Assembly: GCA_964016885.1 (NCBI GenBank)
Contig: OZ024747.1
Location: 63,116,001 to 63,180,000, forward strand
DNA from: Eledone cirrhosa
Taxonomy: Eukaryota
Length of the DNA stretch: 64,000 bases
Reading direction: 5' to 3'
Of this stretch, positions 26,004-38,844 are shown one piece after another. How positions within the stretch are numbered: the first letter of the stretch is position 1; every line of letters begins with the position of its first letter. The notes beneath the pieces are model-generated. The model did no database searches and was not told the origin of the DNA. It saw only the letters and a list, made by a program, of their open reading frames with translations. The translations under genes were made by a program, and so were the position numbers.

Positions 26004-27589
26004 GTATATATATATATAGGAGCACATAGTCGTTTTAGATTCTTTCATTTTTTTTAACTGGTTACTGAGTGAGATAGAGGCATTCCCTATGATCATTCTC
26101 AAACAAGTGACCTGATCTGAATGCTTGCAACAGAGTGTTGTCTGCTAAAAGCACCCAATGATCAGATTGTGGTGTTGAGCATTATATTAAGTCAACCAAC
26201 CAGGTTGGCTACAGAAACACTTGAACTTGGAATGCAAAGAAATGGATGAAATAGTCTAAAACATCTCAATCCACTGCCCTTGATTGTGATATCATTGATA
26301 TGTTAATGTTGTTGTAGTGTTGAATGTCTCGTAATTTGGGTGTTTGATAAAAATAAGATCATTTAAATAACCATCAGACTAGGATTAATACTATTGGTGA
26401 AATCCCTTCAAGGTAGTGCCCTAGTATGATTGCAGTCCAATGACTGAAACCAAGCAAAAGAGTAAAATAAGTTAATTATGATGATGATATAGATTTCTAT
26501 AAAATATTTGTTATGCTGTATTAGGAAATATGTAAATCTAAAGAAGATGGGTTTAATGTGATGTATAGATATTGTTCATTCTATTATAAAATAATATTTT
26601 CTGAAAGGAACTAGTCTATCTGTAGAAAACAATTTTATACTTGCGTATCTTAGTTTTATTAGCGAAACATTGAAATTCAATTTTCATAACATAATCTAGT
26701 TTACTGTATTCTGTAAATATGTTTGACATTTACAAATGTTTGTTTAGATTTTCTAATATTTTTAAATTACTCAAAATAAAAGGCAACTGGTTTCTAAATT
26801 TGTGAAACATTTTTGACACCAAAAGTTATATGATACTAAGTTGTTTATTTTAAAGTGATTACAATTATCTAGAAACATCTGTTGTTATGTTTGTTGCAAA
26901 CAGCAGCTTAATAAGAAAGTTATTTATATTACTAAATCCTTCCAAATTCTTGATTATTTTGAAAATGATTTGAAAATATTAAGATGTGTCTTTTGTTAGA
27001 AATATGATAATGAAAGCATTAAAATCGTAAATAATGAAGTTTGTGTTGTTATTTTCAGTTAAATGATTGAAAATATGTAAATTTAGTGAATTGTATCTGC
27101 ATTGTTTCTACATATTTATTCATTCACAAGATCCATAACTGTTATAGCTATGGTAACTAAGCTAACCATATCAGTTCTTCCAGAGATCAAGCTTCTATAT
27201 CGTTGATTGATCTGACTGTCTTGGGAAGGGCACATTTGGTGATGTAGTGCTGGATTGTTTTCTGATTTTGAGAGTAGTATCTCATTTTATTTTCCTGTTT
27301 CCATTTCCTTCTGGAACTCCTAACAAATTAAGTGGTTGCTTGGGGCCTGATGCTTTGCTGGTTACCTTCTGCTTTGTTGGGAGTGACTTCACCTGAAAAG
27401 AAAATGTAAATATTCAAATATGTTTATGTAAATGAAAAAAACATTGTAATATGAAGTTAAAACAAATTAGTTATCTAATGCCAATCTATACAATCCATAT
27501 TGTAGTTGGCAATTGAATTGAGACAATAAGTAGTAGAGACAATTTTTCAGTCTGATTGAGTATATGACAACCATTCTTATAATGAGACC

Positions 27590-28375
27590 ATGATAAAATA
27601 CACCCAGTACACTTTGTAAACTGGTAGTGTTTTTGTCATGATAAATTGCCCGAAGTACACTTTGTAAAGTGGTAGTGCTTGTGTCAGGATAAATTCCCCA
27701 AGTACACTTTGTAAAGTGGTAGTGCTTGTGTCATGATAAATTGCCCCAAGTACACTTTGTAAACTGGTAGTGCTTGTGTCATGATAAATTGCCCAAAATA
27801 CACTTTGTAAAGTGGTAGTGCTTGTGTCATGATAAATTGCCGCAAGTACACTTTGTAAAGTGGTAGTGCTTGTGTCAGGATAAATTCCCCAAGTACACTT
27901 TGTAAACTGGTAGTGCTTGTGTCATGATAAATTGCCCCAAGTACACTTTGTAAACTGGTAGTGCTTGTGTCATGATAAATTGCCCAAAATACACTTTGTA
28001 AAGTGGTAGTGCTTGTGTCATGATAAATTGCCGCAAGTACACTTTGTAAAGTGGTAGTGCTTGTGTCAGGATAAATTCCCCAAGTACACTTTGTAAAGTG
28101 GTAGTGCTTGTGTCATGATAAATTGCCCCAAGTACACTTTGTAAACTGGTAGTGCTTGTGTCATGATAAATTGCCCAAAATACACTTTGTAAAGTGGTAG
28201 TGCTTGTGTCATGATAAATTGCCGCAAGTACACTTTGTAAAGTGGTAGTGCTTGTGTCAGGATAAATTCCCCAAGTACACTTTGTAAACTGGTAGTGTTT
28301 TTGTCAGGATAAATTCCCCAAGTACACTTTGTAAAGTGCTAGTGTCATGACATATTGCCCCTAGTACACTTTGCA
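27590..28375. repeat. 48-bp minisatellite, ~16 copies, with 4-unit higher-order period
   Basis: Unit gtcatgataaattgccccaagtacactttgtaaagtggtagtgcttgt. Confidence 0.95.
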
Positions 28376-28737
28376 TACTGGTTGGTGTTAGAAAGTTCTG
28401 TAGAAACCATGTAAAATATGGAACGTATGTGCAAGATGGGTCTCCATGACCCATCTAGTCTCAGATCATGACAACATATGCCAGTATATAAAGTAGATGT
28501 AAAAGAATGATAATGATGATGATATTTAGATTCTATCAAATTTAAACCAAACATTTTTTAAATCATGGAAAATTTGTTTTTAGGTTCTGAACATTGATTA
28601 ATGATGTTTATCCTTTGCTTCCTTCACACAGTATGAATAAATATGTTGTATGTATAACTATTTCTGATTATATCTTTTGTAGTTTTCGTTTGTTTATGCA
28701 ACTAATTAATAATTTGTGTTTGAAACCTTGTTCTACA

Positions 28738-28952
28738 TTAGCTTACCAAATATAGACAATTAGATCTGATTATTTGAGCAACCCTTTCACCACTTACTAC
28801 TAATTAAGAGTTTTGTGTGTTAGACCTAACATCATGATAGTTGTTTGAGGCAGAGCAATGATGATTAAATAAATAAATCAATGAGTAATATTAAATCTCT
28901 CTCTGGCCTTTTGACTTCAGCTTATCTACAAATACTTTGTCTCTACAACATT
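28738..28952 (+). repeat. Left arm of a long-range inverted repeat
   Basis: Reverse complement of 32609-32813 plus 33003-33016. Confidence 0.85.
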
Positions 28953-29067
28953 TTATAAGTGCTGTCTATAGATATCGATCTAACAATGAAGTTGTTGTTC
29001 CAACTCTCTCAGCCAGCTAGTGCCGGTGCCATGAAAAATGCTCCCATATATAAATTTATATATATAT

Positions 29068-29370
29068 ACAGGGTTGAATTTAAACTGGTGAATTCAGGTT
29101 TTGGGGACCCAGGGCACTTCAGGTTTGGGGGACCCTGCATACATAAAAAATTAGAATGCGCAGCCAACCCACCAATTTTACATATCAAAGTTAGCTTAGT
29201 GCAAGTAATTTTAATTGAAAAGTAATACATACAGTTATTAAATTCAAACATTCTAACCATCCTAAAACTAAAAAGTCTATTTAAGGGCACAAATAAATTG
29301 CTGGTGAGGCCCCCTACAGCAAGAGGCCCGGGGCAATTGCCCCATTTAACCCCCATTATATTAGGCCCTT
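29068..29370. mobile_element. hAT MITE
   Basis: cagggttgaattta start; homologous to 19559-19811. Confidence 0.75.
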
Positions 29371-29494
29371 TATATATACACTGTAAAGTGGTTGGTATTA
29401 ACAAGGGCATCTAACCATGGACAGCCAATCCCTAATTGGAACATATGAGCAAGATGTGGTCAACAGCTATCTTCAATTCAGTATTCATGCCAAC

Positions 29495-29882
29495 CCTCAT
29501 GAATCCTGGGTAATGTCCAAAAGAATACGATCACGAATAAAAGCGGCCAAAATGGGATTCCTCCGAAGGGTCTCTGGGGTAACTCTACGAGATAGAGTGT
29601 GTAGCTCAGAGATCAGAGAGTCACTTCATGTAGAACTGCAACTTCCCTGAATTGACAGATCATAGCTCTGATACTATGGACATGTGGTTTACTGGCAGGA
29701 GAACCAGGGGTAGATGCTGAAGCAAGATGGTTGGATAACATCCACAAGCTTGGTTGGTTTCTCTTGGGGATCCAGCCAGATCAGTTGGAGATGATTGCTT
29801 CTGACAGGACGTGCTGGAAGAAGGTTTTTGAAGATTGTGCCCCACGACCTTCAAAGGAATAAGTGGGTGAACAAGAAGAAGT
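29495..29882 (+). mobile_element. RTE-clade LINE 3' fragment
   Basis: ESWVMSKRIRSRIKAAKMGFLRRVSGVTLRDRVCSSEIRESL is typical RTE post-RT sequence; stops follow. Confidence 0.85.
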
Positions 29883-29966
29883 GGTCACCTGAACTGCGTA
29901 TCCCCATTACATTACAACCAGTCTGATAGATGTTAAACTGTAGAAGTTTATAGTGGTGGTGATGAT

Positions 29967-30137
29967 AATTATTTCTACTTTTGTCACAAGGCCAGCAATT
30001 AACCAGTACATTACTGGTACTTTATTTTATCGACCCCGTAAGGATGAACGGCAAAGTTAACCTTGGCGGGATTTGAACTCAGACCATAAAGGGCCGTAAC
30101 TCTATGCTGCAAGCATGGCGTCTGACCCTCTACCGAT
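29967..30137 (-). mobile_element. SINE family 1
   Basis: Reverse complement of the family 1 consensus. Confidence 0.85.
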
Positions 30138-30409
30138 TTCATATCCAACTTTCCTTTCTATATTCGTACTGATTTTCCTGCAAAGCTGCTTGAACAAATT
30201 ACTATAAACTGTATATCTGATCGTCTATAATTTACTGGCGTAATTTTATGAATGTTGCACCAGATTAAACTTTTATGAATAAAATGAGAAGAGATATTGA
30301 CAATATGAAGCAAATACTTTGTTTTATATTTATCAATATCCTAGAATAAACTGTTAATTTCAAACTATTGTGCAATCTATACCAGCAGGGAAAGCAGCCA
30401 TTAGAATAA

Positions 30410-30925
30410 TAGCTGTGGTAGTGAGAGTGGTGGTGATGCTGTTGTTGGTGGTTGTGGTGGTGAGGGTGGTGCTGCTACTGTTGTTGGTGGTGAGGGTGGT
30501 AAGAGTGGTAAGACAGTGTTGTTGGTGGTGGTGCTGGTGAGGAGTGTGATGTAATCGTTGGTGGTGATGGTGGTGAGGGTGGTGAGAATGTTAAGGGGGA
30601 GTTGTTGGTGGTGGTGCTTGTAAGGGGGTGATGTTGTTGGTGGTGAGGGTGTTGAGGAGTGTGGTGTTATCATTGGTGGTTGTGGTGGTAATGGTATGTT
30701 GTTGTTTTTTTTGTTGGTGGTGGTGGTGAGGGTGGTGAGTGGTAAGTGTGTGATGTTGTTGGTGGTGGTGGTAGTGAGTGCGGTGAGAGTGGTAAGTGTG
30801 TGATGTTGTTGTTGTTGGTGGTGGTGATGAGGGTATTAGCAGTTGGGAATAAGTGGTGATGGTTCTGTTAAGGAGAGTTGGATGATGATGATGGGATGCT
30901 GGTTATCATGTTGATGGTAAGGGTG
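30410..30925. repeat. (GGT/GTT)-rich low-complexity tract
   Basis: Directly visible. Confidence 0.85.
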
Positions 30926-31142
30926 GTGGATTGGCAGTATCAGTTAGGTGTTGGACTACATGCTATATGGCATAGAGTTATGGCCCATTACGATCTGAAT
31001 TCAAATCCTGCCAAGGTTAACGTTGCCTTTCATCCTTACGAGAGTTGATAAAATTAAGTACCAGTCATGCACTGGGGTCGATTTATTTGACTTTCCCTTC
31101 CCTCCAAATTGTTGGTCTTGTGCCTAAATCAGAAACCATTAT
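30922..31142 (+). mobile_element. SINE family 1
   Basis: ggtggattggcagtatc...aaatcagaaaccatta. Confidence 0.85.
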
Positions 31143-31336
31143 GTTGGTGGTAGTAGTAGTGATGGTAGAGATGGTGGGTTGGTAGTGTGGTGGTGATGGG
31201 ATGTTAGTGGCACCATACTGATTTCACATAATTTTAGTTTCTTCCTTTACTACTAACCCTTTGAATCTTGATTCCTTGCTGTGTATGCAGTCCACAATCA
31301 TCTCCCACTGCCATGTCTCTAATCTTTACCTCCTGT

Positions 31337-31434
31337 CATGTGACCAGTCCCAAATCCTGACACCACTGACATGTGACCAGTCAGAAATCCTGACACAACT
31401 GACATGTGACCAGTCACAAATCCTGACACCACTG
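31337..31434. repeat. 33-bp tandem repeat x3
   Basis: catgtgaccagtc.caaatcctgacaccactga. Confidence 0.9.
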
Positions 31435-32608
31435 CAATGGTGGGATGCTGAAATAAAGTGAAATATTGCCAGTACTGGAATACTAGGATGGTGTTGCAAC
31501 CAGAATATTGTATAATAATTATGTATGCATATATACTGTATATATTAAAAATAACCGAGAATCTCTTTATAAAATGTATTACAGGAGAAAATGTTCATTA
31601 CTCATTCAGATGAAGACCATCTAAAAATATAAATAATTATTCCACTAGGTTAAATTTACAAGATTTTTAGATCTATCCAACCCATTTCAGAATGGAAAAT
31701 AGCGATAAAAATAAAACAAGATAATATACTAGTTAGCTTTGAATTATGCAAACCTGTTAGATTTTATCTATTTTCCTCTCTTTATTATTTTTTTTTATTC
31801 TTTACTTTTTGGTGAAAGAGATAAAATGATTAGCAGAGAAGAAAAATCAATATGTAATCAAATCAATGAAACACTTTTCATCATTCTAATTTCTTTATAT
31901 TAGTTTGTTAGGATAAGATTATTTCTCAAATTGTAATTGCATTAGTGTGTAGATGCAGATCACATTGGTATGTCTGAAACCAAATTTCCTCTTAGAAATT
32001 CAATCATTCTATACATCTAGTGCATATAAAGTAGTACCTTTTATAAAATGTTCTTTTTTTTTGTTTGTTTGCAACCTCAGCAATTCTTTTGTCTTCATTC
32101 ATCTTTGCTTTCTTTGTCTTTCTACATGTGTGGCTGAGATATCACTGTCTGTGGTTTTCCAACAGATTTACTCTACAGGAATATTCATTCCATTGGTATT
32201 CCTATCTGACAATTTAACAGTGTTGTTATTGTTATTTCTGCTCAGCTTCAAATGAAATGGTTAATCTAATTTACAACTATTAACTGTATATGTAGTTGGT
32301 CTGCCTATTTAGACAAGTGTGACTGGAGAATCATGCTCTGTTTTAGAAATTAGTATGGTATAGCTAGCTTCTACAGTTCATACACAGAATACAAGAACAC
32401 TGATTAAAAATATGAATTTAGAATGTAGTTTCATTTCTGTATCACTGACAACCTCTCTTTAAGATGTCACATTCTCTACACAGCTAATTCGTTTTCAGTG
32501 TCAAAAATTTCTTAACCCCTTTGATAACAAACTAGCTAAAACCACCCTTGTTTACTATAAAATGTTTGCATTTATTTAAAAACCTCCGATCATAATCTAT
32601 CCCTTTTG

Positions 32609-33016
32609 ATGTTGTAGAGACAAAGTATTTATAGATAAGCAGAATTCAAAAGGCCAGAGAGAGATTTAATATTATTCATTGATTTATTTATTTATTTAAT
32701 CATCATTGCTCTGCTTCAAACAACTATCATTGTGTTATGTTTAACACACAAGGCTCTTAATTAGTAGTAAGTGGTGAAAGAGTTGCTTAAATAATCAGAT
32801 ATAATTGTCTATACAGGTAAAATTCTGTTATAATGAATGCCATTATAACAAATTTTTAAGTATAATGAAATTTCTCTCAATCCCTGAGGTAATAATAAAC
32901 AAATGCTGAATTTGTATCGGTTGATCTCGTTATAAAGAATTTTTTGTTACAAAAAATTTTTTTTTGTACCCCATGAATTTTGTTACAACGGAATTTCACT
33001 TTATTTGTTAAGCTAA
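32609..33016 (-). repeat. Right arm of the long-range inverted repeat, interrupted by a MITE
   Basis: Matches 28738-28952 inverted. Confidence 0.85.
32814..33002. mobile_element. pogo/Tigger-like MITE
   Basis: TA-CAGGTAAAATTCTGTTATAA ... TTACAACGGAATTTCACT termini; empty TA site in the paralogous arm at ~28750. Confidence 0.75.
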
Positions 33017-33239
33017 TCAGATCTGGCAGATGAAACTATCACAGATGCTTCAATGACAAACTATTGTTTATTTCACAGTGATTATATCTATTATAAACCA
33101 ACATAATTTTATGTATGAATCTTTAAATCATGTTCCAAACCCCAACTTAATAATGTGAAAGTTATTTTACTAAATCACTCCAAATTCTTGATTATTTGCA
33201 AATTCATTTGTAAATCACAGACTGTCTTTCATTAGACAT

Positions 33240-33730
33240 ACTAGCAGAAAAACCACCCTTCAGGTGGTTTTCTGCTAGCATGTGTAGTGTGCATATTGAT
33301 ATTATACGCAAGTATATATACATGTAGATATGGGTACATCAAATAAAATCGTAATTGACAATATACACAGAAATTGAACGAAGACTGCGTTACACTGTCT
33401 TGTGTAATCATTAACATAATCCATGATACATTAAAAAAAGACGATATTATATATAAACTGCATTAGGAGAAAATTAGTGACGGAAATATATGAATGTTTA
33501 TTTAAGCGATCGCTAACCGGAAGTGTTGACATTTGAAAATTTTAAAGAAGTGAATCTTAAAATAAGCAACAATATTATTTATATTTAATCAAGAATAACG
33601 AAATTTAGTAGATAAATTATGTAATATTCATTCATTATTTATTCAAAGTAATCCAACTTATTTTACAAACGAGATAAAAAAATATATTCCAGATGCAGTC
33701 CCACTCTCCTTACTTTATTATAGTTTAGAT
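33240..33730 (+). mobile_element. Non-autonomous Helitron/Helentron-like element
   Basis: 5' actagcagaaaa..ttttctgctag hairpin; 3' ctttattatagtttagat end. Confidence 0.45.
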
Positions 33731-34404
33731 GGTAATCAAAGTCGTAAAATATTTATATTTATCTAAAAGCCTTCCATAATAACTATATGTAAATACCTCT
33801 AAGTTTAACAAAGGTTCTTACATAAATTATGGTGGAAGATTTTAAAAAAAATAAATATAAACATTTTTAAACAGTTTTCTATCATTGAACCAATTATTGT
33901 TTCAAACAGTTTGGTATCAAAATGGTTAATAAAGCAACACATTTCTGGAATTCTGTACCTTCCTGCTTCCTTTATCTATCTGCTGCAATGATTGAAACTC
34001 TATTTGAAAAGAACTACTGTCACCCATTTATCTCGGGTTATACCAATGTGAAACACTTACCAATGTCATTAATCTTAATACTAACAACAACAACAAATTT
34101 ACAAAATAGGAATACTTCGCTTGAGGAGGAATTTAGAAAGATAAATGTTTTACAAATATCTTTACTTGCTACCAGTAATAATATTTGATATGTAATTAAT
34201 GAAATGCAAATATGCCTCCTGTTTTCCTATATTTACATGATAAATAGAAATGCCTGATGGGTATTCGAACATCTAAATGTGTATGAATGGTGCAAGTAAT
34301 CTCAGTTCAGTTATATATTTCAGGATGTAGGTGCTGTGTTTGGATTGGTATTGAGTTCAGTGAGGAAGTTAATGTACACGTTATGAATACATTTTATTTT
34401 CATA

Positions 34405-34736
34405 TCTCAGACCGGGTGATGTGTTGTTTCCTTGAGCAAGACACTTTATTTCACATTGCTCCAGTTTACTCGGCTGTAGAAATAAGATGATAGGGACTGG
34501 GGTCCATATCATTCCACTGCAAAGTGGACGTGTAGGTGCCACGGAAAAAAAAAACACCCAGCACTCACTGTAACGTGGTCGTGTAGGTGCCACGGCAAAA
34601 AAGCACCCAGCACTCACTGTAAATGAGGTTGGTGTTAGGAAAGGCATCCAGCTGTAGAAATCAAGCCAGAATCAGTTCCCGTCCCACCCTTGCAAACAGG
34701 GAAAAGCGGACGTAAAATGATGATGATGATGATGAT
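34405..34736 (+). mobile_element. SINE family 2, 5' truncated, with internal duplication
   Basis: Matches 15490-15772; gtgg.cgtgtaggtgccacgg.aaaaaa.cacccagcactcactgtaa occurs twice. Confidence 0.9.
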
Positions 34737-35036
34737 CCCTATTCATGTTATATTCTCAACCTATTGCACAATCATAAACACCATTAAGCTATATGTTATC
34801 TTCCACATATTCAGGCATGGCTTGTATGAGCTTGCAGTATAAAATTCTATTGACTATGTAATATAACTATTGACTATGTAATATAACTGTTATATATAAA
34901 ATTATATTGATCTGATATAACATCAAGCCATCTAATTTAACAGTTTTATATATCAATATATATAATTATTTATACTTTTGGCACAAGGCCAGCAATTATC
35001 CCAGTGTATTACTGGTACTTTATTTTATCGATATAT

Positions 35037-35241
35037 AATGGTTTCTGATTTTGGTGAAAGGGAAAGTTGATTAAATTGAGCCCAGTGCATTACTGATACT
35101 TTATTTTATTAATCCCATAAGGACGACAGGCAAAGCTAACTGTGGTGGCATTTAAACTCAGAATGTAAAGGGTCATAACTCTATGCCACAAAGGATGTTG
35201 TTGTTGTTTGATGCTCTATCAATACTGCCAATCCGCCACCT
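35037..35241 (-). mobile_element. SINE family 1
   Basis: Reverse complement of family 1; extra partial copy at 34965-35030. Confidence 0.8.
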
Positions 35242-35480
35242 TTATATCACTATATATATAATACAGCATTTATAGGTATAATACAGCATTTATAGGTATT
35301 CATATATATCAAGTTATCTAATACAACAATTATCTATATATAAATTTGACCAACTTCTGTCCGTCTGTCCATCACCCTTTCTGTATGTATGTTTGTGTGA
35401 ATGTATGTGTGTGTAAACGGAAGGAAGAGGATGGTGAAAAAAGCTATAGCAAAACAGAAGCTGGCGTTCCATTTACTAAG

Positions 35481-35481
<1 letters not shown>

Positions 35482-35552
<71 letters not shown>
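35482..35552. repeat. (TG)n microsatellite
   Basis: Directly visible. Confidence 0.95.
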
Positions 35553-35556
<4 letters not shown>

Positions 35557-36046
35557 GTATGTGCTTTTGTGTGAATGTATGTCAGTGAGTGTGTATTTTT
35601 GTAAATGTGCCTGTGTTTGTGCATCTATATTTATACACTCATACATATAAATGTATGCACATACACACATGCACACACATATACACATATGCATCAGCAT
35701 GTTGAAACAATCCTAGTATATATCAATATATCTAATATAACAGTTATATATATATAATCATCATTATCATCAATATTTCATATTTACTTTCCATGATGGC
35801 ATGTGTCTGAGACAAGATGGCTCTGAGCAACACATTGCACTAATTATGTTTCATATTTGGCATGGTTTCTACTGTTGCAGGCCTTTCTGTATGCCAACCA
35901 GCATTATAGATGTTGTTATATGCTAGCCTGACTGATGACTCCTCTCAGACACTACATTTTCTTTATTTTATAGTCACAGACAGTATTCTCCAGTATCTTA
36001 AGTATATAACTACACAAACACACGCATGTATATATGTGTGTTTGTG

Positions 36047-36050
<4 letters not shown>

Positions 36051-36138
<88 letters not shown>

Positions 36139-36234
36139 GTGAAGGTATCAACACATATTTAACATGTATGATAACTATGTTTCTCTTTAAATAAACTAAA
36201 TGGAACTTAGTCCGAAGTATCAACAATTCGAATT

Positions 36235-36319
<85 letters not shown>
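36051..36319. repeat. Two long (TA)n microsatellites (36051-36136, 36238-36319)
   Basis: Directly visible. Confidence 0.95.
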
Positions 36320-36321
<2 letters not shown>

Positions 36322-36755
36322 TGCCCCCCCCCCCCATAAAAAAAATGTATACATACTTTGATTACCTATACAGGCAATATTTATTAAAATGCTGTTGAAG
36401 TATGTACACATTTTTTGCGGACACCCTGTATATATATATATATATATCATCATCATCATCATCATCATCGTTTAACGTCCATGTTCCACGCTTGCATGGG
36501 TTTGGACGGGAGTTTTACCACTTGAGGCAAGAGTGGTTGTCTTGCTCGCATAGGACTGTCTGGCGGGTTTTCTACAGCTGGATGCCTTTCCTAACACCAA
36601 CCACATTTACAGTGTGGCCATATATATATATGTAGGAGGTGAGTTTTATTGTAGCACAATAAAGCAATGTAAATCTCGGATAAGTAGCACTCAACAGTTT
36701 ATAGGACTGGAGTATAAATAATATAAAATCAAAAGATGGTTAAAAGAGTTCCATG

Positions 36756-36826
36756 TATTTTATTATGCGCATTTCAAAGACAAATATCATCATGGGATGA
36801 TATTTGCGTTCTCATCAGATAAAATA
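36756..36826 (-). ncRNA. Type I minimal hammerhead ribozyme
   Basis: Exact reverse complement of 36929-36999. Confidence 0.8.
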
Positions 36827-36928
36827 GGGAGACATGATATGAAGCTTAAAAACACTTGCGAGCAGTGAAGTGTTGATTTGACACTTCACTGCTCGCAAGT
36901 GTTTTTTAAGGTTCATATCATGTCTCCC

Positions 36929-36999
36929 TATTTTATCTGATGAGAACGCAAATATCATCCCATGATGATATTTGTCTTTGAAATGCGCATAATAAAATA
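36929..36999 (+). ncRNA. Type I minimal hammerhead ribozyme
   Basis: Stem I tattttat / ataaaata; CTGATGA 36937-43; stem II contains caaatatcatc-ccat-gatgatatttg; GAAA 36980-83; T-GCGC-A; triplet AUA, predicted cut after 36991. Confidence 0.8.
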
Positions 37000-38844
37000 C
37001 ATGGAACTCTTTTAACCATCTTTTGATTTTATATTATATATATATAATGTAAATGGCTACATTATTTACACCGTATCACTATGAAAGTAGTCTGACAGTA
37101 GCTCTGATTAGATACTGACATGGTCTACAATAACCTGTCTAACCCATGACAGCATGAACAAATGGACATTAAATGATAATTTTGATAATAATTGCAATAT
37201 AATCTATGTTAAATTAATTTTAGAAATCTAATTATTTCTGTCTCTATTCATATAACTGCATAGAATTAATACCGATAATATGTCTCGGGTTATTTATGAC
37301 TCTAAAATGCATAGGTCAAGTGTTTAGTTTATTACAAAACTACTTCCAGCAGTTTTATTTCCTAGGCACCAAACATATATTAATTATCTTTGCTATTGAT
37401 ATTATTTTAGCTTCTAATTAATAAGTGTGAAGAGCTACTAAACTGTGTTTTAATCAATATGAGGAGAACGTATGATTTTCTTTTCTTCCTTTTACTAACT
37501 TTTACTTTTTGGAAATCCAAATAAATTGATAAAACAAAATTCAACAATAAGATTAATGCTTTTTTCTGTATTTTATATTATTGATCAGTGCTTGAAAAGT
37601 GTATTTTATTATTGAAAAATAAAAATAAATAAATAAATAAGTAAGTAACTAAATAAATCATTATTTAATTATAAAAGAAAAAAAAAAATGCGATGATAAT
37701 GAAAGTTAAGATAATGATGGTGATAATGATTATATTATTGATAAGTTTGACAATAATAACAATAATGATGGAAATACCCTAGTTTCATAATTAGAATTGT
37801 ACTTTTTTTCTTTGCGTCCATCTATTTAGAAAGTAATGTTTGAAGTTAGATAGTTAATAATTGTGTAAGCCAGATCAAAATAACTGAACTTAGAAAAAAC
37901 CCCAGTGATATGCAGCCATCTTTTTTCTATTGATTATTTAACCATGCTAACTGTTTACTTTTATTTATTTCTGTAATGCTGATAATTAATGTTTAGATGG
38001 TTAGATGGTTTGATCTATAGTTATTAATGACCATTCAGTTCTATTTTTCTATATTTCAATATTTATTTACTTTGTAATCAGAAACATTCCATTTCATATA
38101 TGTTGCTATTAAGACCTTCAGTAACTGTTGTTATACTTCCCTTCTAAATGGTTTTATTCTTCTCTGCTAAAATGGAATATCTGAGGAAATGACTGGCAGG
38201 TCTTCATTAGGATGTAATTGAGATAAGCTGTTCCATTGAGTGTGTAGAATTTGTATTTTTTTCTTAATTTTCTTTTTTGTGGCATATATTTAAAAAACTT
38301 AATAAATTTTCATTGACCAGGGAATTTCTCTTAATTCTTGCTGATTTGATTATAATTACTACAAGTAATGACACTAAAGCTATCTCATTTGGAAAGTGTA
38401 GCTAAATAAAATACTCATATTTAGTATCATTGATGCTTGGTATATAAGGACTCGGAAGTTGCATACTAAAAACAAACACTATGCAGGCACAGTTTTGTAA
38501 TGCATATAGGAAATGTAAAGAAGTGGCAAATATATCAAGTGGATGAAACCTGCGAGTGAATAAAACCTAGAGGGACATGGGAAAAAAATTAAAGAAGATG
38601 GATATTAAATAGTTGAACCTCATGAAGGTGATGACAAAGGAACAAGATAAGTCGAAAAATACACAGCCAGTCCATGCAATCATGAAGAATGGATGCTAAG
38701 AAATATTCATATTAAGACTCTCTGTAAGCAAGCAGATTACTAATATTTATTGTAAACCATATCATTATTATTCGCACATTATAATTATAGTCTTAGATTT
38801 ATGTAGGCAAAACTGGAAGGTCATAGAACACCTTTAATCATAGT

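Larger units (their letters stand above)
36719..37036. mobile_element. Near-perfect ~320-bp palindrome; probable inverted pseudo-LTR pair of a Penelope-like element
   Basis: Arms of ~155 bp around a tgatttg loop (36874-36880); each arm carries a hammerhead motif. Confidence 0.7.
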
